Part shown: one piece after another, positions 1 through 6,658 of the stretch | Layout: every line of letters begins with the position of its first letter | Position numbering within the stretch: position 1 is the stretch's first letter | Source of the DNA: an uncultured archaeon | GTDB taxonomy: Archaea; Asgardarchaeota; Thorarchaeia; Thorarchaeales; Thorarchaeaceae | DNA: 10,075 bases | NCBI GenBank assembly: GCA_964458565.1 | Contig: CAYWJO010000072.1 | Coordinates: 1 to 10,075 of the forward strand | Direction of reading: 5' to 3' | The notes under the pieces: generated by a model | What the model saw: the letters and a program-made list of their open reading frames with translations, nothing else | What the model was told of the DNA's origin: nothing | Databases searched by the model: none | Program-made: the position numbers and the translations under genes

Positions 1-1
1 T

Positions 2-1423
2 CCAAGTGCAACTTCAAATTCCAATGGTTATGATGTGTTCCAAGTATTTTCTGAATTCTCAATGTTTTTCGATGATCAAACATGGTCCTCGTTTTCATCA
101 GCAGATGCACGCGTAAGTGCCCATGAAAAATGGTCGCAAGAAATGGCTTGGTTATCACACACGGAGGTTGAAGGTATTGCCTTTGATGGGGAATTCTTCT
201 ATATCAGTACTGCTAGGACAATAGATAATCAGGGGAATGCTTCCTTATACAAAGTTAACAAATCTGGCGTTCTTCAAGATTCAGTACTTCTGGAAACAGG
301 ATCACTTACTCACGCAGGTGGTATTGCTCTACATGATGGGATTCTTTGGATTCCTCTATCAGAACGGACATCCTCTCCTACATCACCATCTAAAATACTT
401 CGATATGGATTGAATCTTGATTTCATCGATGAATGGAAAAACAGCAGTGAACAAGGTAATGCGCATTGGGGAGCTCTCTGTATTGAACCTAATCGAGATC
501 TTGTTTATGTTGCGGATTATGGTACTAGTAATCTGTATATCTATGATATTGATGGATCTTTCATTCACACAATTACTAATCCACCAGATTCAAACATCCA
601 GTCATTGATTGTTATTGACGGATATCTATACGGCGGTCAATCTGGTTATGGTTCTAATGATGTGGTAGTTTGGGAGATACTGAATCGAGCTGGCACCGAA
701 ATAAGACGCCGAGGTATTCTAACAACCCCTTCTGGTTTTACCGATAATGCAATCACATGGTTCAACGGATCCTGGTGGACATGCAACGGTGAACCATACA
801 CCTTACATGAATTAAATGGTGCGGATTTGTTTCTGCAGATTTCTGAGTATTATATTAAATCTCAATCTTACGTCTATCCTGGCAGTGTGGTTGAAGGTCT
901 AGTAAAGATGAGCGGAAATCAAGCATTCAATCTTGGATTTGCTTCATCATGGCCTGCAGGAAATCCTCAAATTATCAGTCATGCAAATCAAGGCAATACT
1001 TCATTATACGATGGAATGACTGACTATGATGAAATAGCAATATCATCTGATTGGATGCGAATAGGAGTTCATTGGAAAGAGAACTACTCAGAACTATGGC
1101 TGAATGGCACCCAATCAATTAGCTGGTCATCACCAACCATAGCTATCTCTCCCCTGAAAGCAGGTCTTCAACTCTGGGGTTCAGCAGACGCACCTCTTTA
1201 TGCTAAGTGGTTATTTGTACGCAAATGGTGTGTTTTTCCACCACAACACGGGCTCTGGGAGGAATCTGTATGTCCTAGTATCTCAACCACAACGACATCA
1301 TCCACCAGCACAAATTCCACTCAAACTCCACCAGATACTGGATTATTTGCGTTTGGAGTGATTATTGCCATTACCTCAATTGTCTGTGTATTGGTCCTCC
1401 TTAGGAGAAAACTTCGTTCTTGA
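2..1423 (+). CDS. 5'-truncated membrane-anchored surface protein: DUF2341-type C-terminal region, inserted beta-propeller, S/T linker, C-terminal TM anchor
   Basis: The frame is open from base 2 (PSATSNSNGYDVFQVFSEF...), so GTG35 is not the true start. The N-terminal PSATSNSNG..F..F and the late WLFVRKW...P.HGLW resemble motifs of archaeal DUF2341-containing proteins (from recall). Blade-like repeats: EGIAFDGEFFYIS, HAGGIALHDGILWIP, GALCIEPNRDLVYVAD, QSLIVIDGYLYGG, NAITWFNGSWW. Ends with STTTTSSTSTNSTQTPP, hydrophobic LFAFGVIIAITSIVCVLVLL and RRKLRS. Confidence 0.8.
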   Translation, partial: PSATSNSNGYDVFQVFSEFSMFFDDQTWSSFSSADARVSAHEKWSQEMAWLSHTEVEGIAFDGEFFYISTARTIDNQGNASLYKVNKSGVLQDSVLLETGSLTHAGGIALHDGILWIPLSERTSSPTSPSKILRYGLNLDFIDEWKNSSEQGNAHWGALCIEPNRDLVYVADYGTSNLYIYDIDGSFIHTITNPPDSNIQSLIVIDGYLYGGQSGYGSNDVVVWEILNRAGTEIRRRGILTTPSGFTDNAITWFNGSWWTCNGEPYTLHELNGADLFLQISEYYIKSQSYVYPGSVVEGLVKMSGNQAFNLGFASSWPAGNPQIISHANQGNTSLYDGMTDYDEIAISSDWMRIGVHWKENYSELWLNGTQSISWSSPTIAISPLKAGLQLWGSADAPLYAKWLFVRKWCVFPPQHGLWEESVCPSISTTTTSSTSTNSTQTPPDTGLFAFGVIIAITSIVCVLVLLRRKLRS

Positions 1424-2198
1424 ATCTGATTTTTGTGAAATAGACTGGATCTGTTTCAGAGTATCTGAAGCCCATATTCAGATAGAGTGCTTTCGCAGCT
1501 GTATTCTCATCAAAGAAATGTAAGACGACTGTAGGAGTAAGTTTCTCAAGTTCACAAACAACTTTTTTGACACATTCTGATGCAAAACCTTTCCCACGAT
1601 ATTTTGGATGCGTAGCTACATTACCAAGTTCAGCCCCGTATTTGGTCACGAAATGAACCCCTGCAACTGCTACAATCTGACTGTCTTTTCTAATTCCATA
1701 AAAAGGACCTAGATTCATTGCTTGAGATGTCCATGCTGGAGTACCACAGATACGATATAATGCTCTAAGTTCGTCTTCATCTTTTAAATCTAGGGGCTCA
1801 GGTTCTTCTGATCCCCATGAGTTTACTTCCTCACATGTATCTAGCACCATCTGTCTTTCTTGAATTGGATTTATTGTTTGAGCTAGTGGCCTTATGAGTT
1901 CTAATTGTTGTTGAGTGCAGATAAAAACGAGGTCTCTCCCTTTGAGTGATTCTTCAGAATCTACTATGAGGTCTCTCAAACACTCAGTATTCTCTGTCCA
2001 GAAAGCTCCAGCTAAGAAATCGAGATCCTTGTACAATGAAAAAGCTGCACAGAGTGAATCATCTTCGATTAAAATACGAACACCGCACCAAGGTAAGAGT
2101 TGGGTGCAATCTGCAATCATGATGATATTCTCAAGTGGTTTTTTCGAAAGCAGATCAAGTAATCGTTCTTTGAGAATTTCATCCATCTCGATTATCAA
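1401..2198 (-). CDS. GNAT family N-acetyltransferase (FR47-like C-terminal GNAT domain)
   Basis: Acetyl-CoA motif A (ELGNVATHPKYRGKGFAS) and motif B (ENTAAKALYLNMGF). An AGGTG SD-like motif lies 5 nt upstream of TTG2198. Alternative start is ATG2186. Confidence 0.9.
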   Translation of the reverse strand: MIIEMDEILKERLLDLLSKKPLENIIMIADCTQLLPWCGVRILIEDDSLCAAFSLYKDLDFLAGAFWTENTECLRDLIVDSEESLKGRDLVFICTQQQLELIRPLAQTINPIQERQMVLDTCEEVNSWGSEEPEPLDLKDEDELRALYRICGTPAWTSQAMNLGPFYGIRKDSQIVAVAGVHFVTKYGAELGNVATHPKYRGKGFASECVKKVVCELEKLTPTVVLHFFDENTAAKALYLNMGFRYSETDPVYFTKIRFKNEVFS

Positions 2199-2201
2199 GA
2201 A

Positions 2202-2230
2202 AACACCTATTGACCTCTTTTATATGTCAA
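2202..2230 (-). promoter_or_regulatory. Putative TATA box (TATAAAA) and SD-like AGGTG for the GNAT gene, with a TTGAC-N11-GTCAA inverted repeat around the TATA
   Basis: The minus strand reads TTGACATATAAAAGAGGTCAATAGGTG just upstream of the start. Confidence 0.45.
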
Positions 2231-2271
2231 AGAAAAATGTACCTCATGATTCAAATGCGTGTGTGCACAGC

Positions 2272-2305
2272 TTTAATATAGCACAATTCAAGATTTTAAT
2301 GAGGT
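2272..2305 (+). promoter_or_regulatory. Putative archaeal TATA box (TTTAATATA) and SD (GAGGT) for the DinB gene
   Basis: TTTAATATA at 2272-2280. GAGGT at 2301-2305, 8 nt before ATG2314. Confidence 0.5.
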
Positions 2306-2313
2306 TCTATTCC

Positions 2314-2796
2314 ATGAAAGAAATGGTTTCCAATATTCTCAAAGAGGGTTTTCATGGGCATAATACACATGTCTCTCCAAAGAAAGCTCTTCTCGGATTG
2401 GATGCTGATTCAGCAAGAAAAGTACCATGCGATCGTGTTCATTCTTGCTGGGAACAACTATATCACATTGTTTTCTGGCAAGATTTAGTTTTAGAAGAAG
2501 TTAGGGGAAATGTAGTTGATTGGACTGAAACACATGGAAAGGATTGGCCAAAGCCAGAATCAATCTTGGATTCCTCAGGATGGAATAAATTGGTTGAACG
2601 TTTCTTTAAAGGACTAGCTGAAGCAGAGGAATTACTAGATACATTAGATTTACAAAAACCTATACCCTCATGGAATGACCATCCTGCTTTCAAAGCAATG
2701 TTAGTCTTAGCTCAACACAATTCGTATCATATTGGACAAATAGTCGTAGCTCGTCAAGCTCTGAAAACATGGCCTCCACCAGATGAGGCTGTTTAA
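2314..2796 (+). CDS. DinB/YfiT superfamily protein (putative metal-dependent thiol transferase or hydrolase), 160 aa
   Basis: HSCWEQLYHIVFWQ and AQHNSYHIGQI supply the DinB His triad. Size fits a four-helix bundle. SD precedes ATG2314; the in-frame ATG2299 is an alternative. The extension to 1915 in the ORF track is an antisense shadow of the GNAT gene. Confidence 0.9.
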   Translation: MKEMVSNILKEGFHGHNTHVSPKKALLGLDADSARKVPCDRVHSCWEQLYHIVFWQDLVLEEVRGNVVDWTETHGKDWPKPESILDSSGWNKLVERFFKGLAEAEELLDTLDLQKPIPSWNDHPAFKAMLVLAQHNSYHIGQIVVARQALKTWPPPDEAV

Positions 2797-2809
2797 TAGT
2801 AGTCCGTGG

Positions 2810-4060
2810 TTATGCATTTGCCCTTCGGTCCTTAATTATTAACCCTCCAAGAACTAGAATAACTGCAAGTGACCCGACCGTAATCAGCATTCGTGGATCA
2901 AACAACAATCCCAATAGACTGCTTTCTATGAATACTTGAACTGAGTGCGAGGATGGGTTTCCAGCTTTATCGTAAGCAACGATGGTGTAATTATGTGATC
3001 CTGCTGATGCGCCTTCTAAATCATACTCAACAATCTTAGATGGACTGAACCATTCGGCCGAATCTATCAAAACTCCATTATCGTATATCTCATAATAAAA
3101 TGGATTGTTGTCAGATAGTTGCCATTCAATAGTGTGGTTTTCCTCGCCTTCAGGAAATGAGAAATCCTCCAATCCCTCTATTTCAGGAGCGTCAATATCC
3201 CTGACTCGGACTAACACAGTATCTGAAGCAGTTTGAGTGAATTTATCCTCAAGCACAATCTCGAATGTATGTGTACCATATGACAAGCCATCAACATCCA
3301 AATAGATGGATTCGTCATCTGGCTCTAATGTTTCATCATATAATAAGATACCATCTCGATGTATACTATAAGATGCTGGAGTTTCATCGTCGAAGGTCCA
3401 TTGTATTGAATTACTAAGTTCGCCTTCATTATATTCTATATCAGCAGGATGCGAAAGAATTGGAGCTCCAAGATCACGTATCGTTATTAGTGTAGAACTC
3501 ATTGTAGTATCTTCATAGGTCATGCTAGTGCTCATTTCTACAAGAGATAAAACCCCATCTACCTTGAGATACATTATGGTGTAATTATAATAATATTCTG
3601 CACCGCCATTGTCAAACGCCATTTCTAAAACGAATCCCCACTCTGATTCTGTATCCAACATTGTCGTATTGTCTTCTGGGGTTACTGCTGAATCAAGAAA
3701 GATAGTTGTTAGTAACTCCCAATTGTTGATAGGTATTACCAGATTGATGGGTATATACATTGAATACGATGGAGTCCCGTTCATGTAATATTGACTGAAA
3801 TCAACAGAAGGTATATCAGAGAATTCCAGAATTGCAACAGGTAATGCAGGGATTGAGTTAATTTCGAAATAGACTAAATCATCTATATCTTCACTTGGAT
3901 AATCTCCGACACTAGTGAGTCTTTGATTGAAATAGAAAACATCATCCACCTCAATTCCCCATTCGAAACCTTGTGTGTTTGCTATAACACCTATTGGCAC
4001 TAGCATCATAATCAAGATAGCACCCAATGTAACGCCTGTGACTTCAAGACCTTCCCTCAT
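2810..4060 (-). CDS. Secreted, C-terminally anchored surface protein with two Ig-like repeats
   Basis: Signal-peptide-like hydrophobic N-terminus (VTLGAILIMMLVPIGVIA) followed by FEWGIEVDDVFYF. Two 92-aa beta-sandwich repeats. C-terminal TM LITVGSLAVILVLGGLII followed by KDRR. Very acidic. GGAG SD upstream of ATG4060. Confidence 0.85.
   Translation of the reverse strand: MREGLEVTGVTLGAILIMMLVPIGVIANTQGFEWGIEVDDVFYFNQRLTSVGDYPSEDIDDLVYFEINSIPALPVAILEFSDIPSVDFSQYYMNGTPSYSMYIPINLVIPINNWELLTTIFLDSAVTPEDNTTMLDTESEWGFVLEMAFDNGGAEYYYNYTIMYLKVDGVLSLVEMSTSMTYEDTTMSSTLITIRDLGAPILSHPADIEYNEGELSNSIQWTFDDETPASYSIHRDGILLYDETLEPDDESIYLDVDGLSYGTHTFEIVLEDKFTQTASDTVLVRVRDIDAPEIEGLEDFSFPEGEENHTIEWQLSDNNPFYYEIYDNGVLIDSAEWFSPSKIVEYDLEGASAGSHNYTIVAYDKAGNPSSHSVQVFIESSLLGLLFDPRMLITVGSLAVILVLGGLIIKDRRANA
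2924..3475 (-). repeat. Two tandem 92-aa Ig-like protein repeats (3200-3475 and 2924-3199)
   Basis: Both follow D..AP.....D....EGE....I.W...D..P..Y.I...G.L......D..G.S.G.H...IV..DK.....S..V.V. Confidence 0.85.
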
Positions 4061-4105
4061 TGAAATAACTCCATAATTTGATGGTCATTATGTATTATCT
4101 GGATA

Positions 4106-6499
4106 TCAATATTTCGACCTATTGTCTTTAGACTTAGCAATCTTCGCCAAAACCGAGTTGAATCCAGGAGTATGTCCAAACGCAGTGTGCTTGTCGTCTG
4201 TGAGAAGATTGATGTTCCCATCTCTGACCCACCACCCATCAGAAGACCATACCACTCTTGGGTCTATGTCCTCATCAAGTTCCAGTCCTATGCCATTGAT
4301 TCTTCCTCTAATTGATTTGACATCAACCCGGTCACCATCAACTAATCCGAATTCTTTTGCTGCTTTGGGATGCATCCGCACGTACATTCTTCTTTTTTGG
4401 AACCTGTTCATAGGAATCTGTCTGATGGGATCAATAACAACATCAAATGGACAGACATCCAAGGCACATTCTCTGCACCCAATACATCTCTTATCATCCC
4501 ATTCAGGAATTAACAGGCCTGTAAATCCATCCGGAATCTCTAAAGGTTTACCGGATAGATTGACAGCAAGTCTGTCTATCAGCTTTCCGAGTGTCGCTCT
4601 CATTGAAGAATGTGAAGTTGGGAATTCAATATCATGATACTGAATCTCTTCAGGACTAGGAGATCTCAACGTGATAGCTTCATCAGGACATTCCTTAACA
4701 CATTTTTGACAGGACGTGCAATGAGAAAAACTTCTCACACTACCTCCAACCTCTATAGATGTGAACTGTGAATGTAATCGTTCTCGTAATCTTCCAGATA
4801 TCATGATGAATGAATACTCATTGTAAATATCAGGAGTAGATAGTGGACTCTCATCTGGCTCTTCATGGAACGGAAGAGGATCATAACCCATGAGTTCTAA
4901 TTGCTTTGAAAAGAGCTCAATTTTCCCTGATTCTGTTCTGAACTTCTTGTCTGAGAAAGGTATTCCCATACTTCTGGTTCTAATTCCTTCAGGATTTGCA
5001 ATCAATTTCTCTAGAGTGATATCTCTACAATCTTCTGAGTCAAGAGCCATTTTAATTGCATCCAATTCGGAGATATCAAAGAAATCACCGAGTCCTGTAC
5101 GTTGAGCTAGTTCACTCCACATCCAAAGTTCATCCCTTGCTTCTCCCCTTGGTTCCACTATCTTTGGAGCATATTGAACTATTCGATGAAGCTCACTATG
5201 GACTAAGTTGTGATGCTCAAAAATCGTTGTTGCTGGCAGAACATAATCACAGAACTTTGCGGTATCTGTCAACTCTAAATCGATACAGACTTTGAATGGT
5301 ATCTTTTCAAGTGCTTCAACAACCTTGTTTGTATTGGCCCATTGGGTTATTGGATTCGCTGCTTGAATCATCAGAACCTCTAGTGGACTATCTTCACTAT
5401 TAAGAACAAATTCGGGAATGTAAGTTCCTGATGGAACAATAGGTTTTACTGAATCATCCAAATTATCATCTAGTCTTATGGAAGCACCATTGAACGGACT
5501 ATGGTCCGATGATAAGTATTGGAACCCTCCACCTGAAACACCAAGATACCCGCAGATTGCTAACAAGCTGTGTACTGCTCTAGCAGCCCAGGTGCCATTT
5601 GTATAATGATTCATACCTGCAGGCGCAGTCATAATCAGACCTGGGCCATGGGTTGCAAATGTAGTTGCAATCTCTTCTATTGTGTTGACATCAACCCAGG
5701 TTATCTCACTGACTTTTTTCTTGCCATATTCCGAAACACGCTTTCTGTATTCCTCAAAACCCACAACATACTTCTCAACAAACCCATGATTATAGAGATC
5801 TCTGGTGATAATTTCATTAGCGATTCCCAAAGATAAAGCTGAATCAGTTCCAGGTCTAATTGTTGTATAGATATCTGCTATCTTTGCATAAGGTGTCTTT
5901 CTAGGATCAATAACAATCAGTTTTGCACCTTTGTCAATTGCCTCTTGGATGACTCTTTTGGAATGTATACTGGATTCAAATTTGTTTGTCCCCCACATAA
6001 CAAGACACTTTGAGTTTGACCAATCACACAACTCATGTGGTGGAAATGGTCCCACATTGAATCGTGCACCTTCGTATGCTGCCTCAAAACAGATTTCCGC
6101 AATTCCCGGAATCATTCGACATCCAAAGGCATTAGCATATCGCGCTGCATATTTTGGAGCCATGCCGTCATTTCCTGAGCCGCTGTAAATTCCCACTGAG
6201 GTAGGTCCTCGTTTTTCCTTGGCATGATTAAGTCTAGATGCAATTTCATCTAATGCGTCTGACCAACTGACTTTGATGAACTCTTGATTTTCAGTTCTCT
6301 TCAGAGGGTGTAAAATTCTATCATCCGAATACATTCGAAGGACATGTGCGTATCCCTTCGGACAGCAGCGACCCAGAGTGTAGGGGTGATTTGGGTCTCC
6401 TTCAAGTCGAGTTAGTATCCCATTCTCAACATGGACTATGTATGCACAGATATCTGGGCAGTTTAATGCACATGCAGAAAAGAGCATTTGTGTTGTCAT
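4106..6499 (-). CDS. Molybdopterin (Mo/W-bisPGD) oxidoreductase, DMSO reductase superfamily (YyaE/acetylene hydratase-like), with inserted 2x[4Fe-4S] ferredoxin; 797 aa
   Basis: Numbering from ATG6499. N-terminal FS0 motif C10-x3-C14-x3-C18-x27-C46-PKG. RILHPLKR...VSWSDALD. Probable metal ligand Cys137 (AEICFEA). WGTN, VIDPR, IRPGTD, TDTAKFCDYVLPA. Domain IV: SGR...HSQF and MHPKAA..GLVDGDRVDVKSIRG...NINLLT. No Tat signal. ATG6499 is preferred over GTG6568 because the Cys motif normally sits about 10 aa from the start. Confidence 0.95.
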   Translation of the reverse strand: MTTQMLFSACALNCPDICAYIVHVENGILTRLEGDPNHPYTLGRCCPKGYAHVLRMYSDDRILHPLKRTENQEFIKVSWSDALDEIASRLNHAKEKRGPTSVGIYSGSGNDGMAPKYAARYANAFGCRMIPGIAEICFEAAYEGARFNVGPFPPHELCDWSNSKCLVMWGTNKFESSIHSKRVIQEAIDKGAKLIVIDPRKTPYAKIADIYTTIRPGTDSALSLGIANEIITRDLYNHGFVEKYVVGFEEYRKRVSEYGKKKVSEITWVDVNTIEEIATTFATHGPGLIMTAPAGMNHYTNGTWAARAVHSLLAICGYLGVSGGGFQYLSSDHSPFNGASIRLDDNLDDSVKPIVPSGTYIPEFVLNSEDSPLEVLMIQAANPITQWANTNKVVEALEKIPFKVCIDLELTDTAKFCDYVLPATTIFEHHNLVHSELHRIVQYAPKIVEPRGEARDELWMWSELAQRTGLGDFFDISELDAIKMALDSEDCRDITLEKLIANPEGIRTRSMGIPFSDKKFRTESGKIELFSKQLELMGYDPLPFHEEPDESPLSTPDIYNEYSFIMISGRLRERLHSQFTSIEVGGSVRSFSHCTSCQKCVKECPDEAITLRSPSPEEIQYHDIEFPTSHSSMRATLGKLIDRLAVNLSGKPLEIPDGFTGLLIPEWDDKRCIGCRECALDVCPFDVVIDPIRQIPMNRFQKRRMYVRMHPKAAKEFGLVDGDRVDVKSIRGRINGIGLELDEDIDPRVVWSSDGWWVRDGNINLLTDDKHTAFGHTPGFNSVLAKIAKSKDNRSKY

Positions 6500-6561
6500 G
6501 AGTCTTATTTTACCAAATAAATTGAAGCAATAACTGTTGTGAAAAAGAGTGGATATTGAGG

Positions 6562-6640
6562 TGGTCACTTTTGCTCAGAAAGACCATATGCGGTGACCAA
6601 CTAATCTATATTTGAACATTCAATTCCTGTCAAAGGGATT
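6562..6640. promoter_or_regulatory. Divergent promoter region with inverted repeats and a weak TATA-like element
   Basis: TGGTCAC (6562-6568) and GTGACCA (6593-6599). TCTATAT near 6606. TTGAA-CA-TTCAA (6612-6623). AATTCCT-gtcaa-AGGGATT (6622-6640). Confidence 0.35.
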
Positions 6641-6658
6641 TTGCATAGCGTGATTATT

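Noticed and set aside
1915-2298. N-terminal extension of the DinB ORF (293-aa call)
   Set aside because: Mostly antisense to the GNAT gene, Ser-rich shadow composition. TATA and SD motifs support a start at 2314 (or 2299).
4122-4637. 171-aa plus-strand ORF
   Set aside because: Antisense shadow of the oxidoreductase, with no recognisable motifs.
4390-4760. Oxidoreductase insert as an intein or mobile element
   Set aside because: No intein C-terminal HN-C/S/T motif, endonuclease motifs or flanking repeats; it carries ferredoxin motifs instead.
6500-6568. 23-aa N-terminal extension of the oxidoreductase as a possible signal peptide
   Set aside because: No twin-arginine motif or hydrophobic core; it lies in the likely promoter region.
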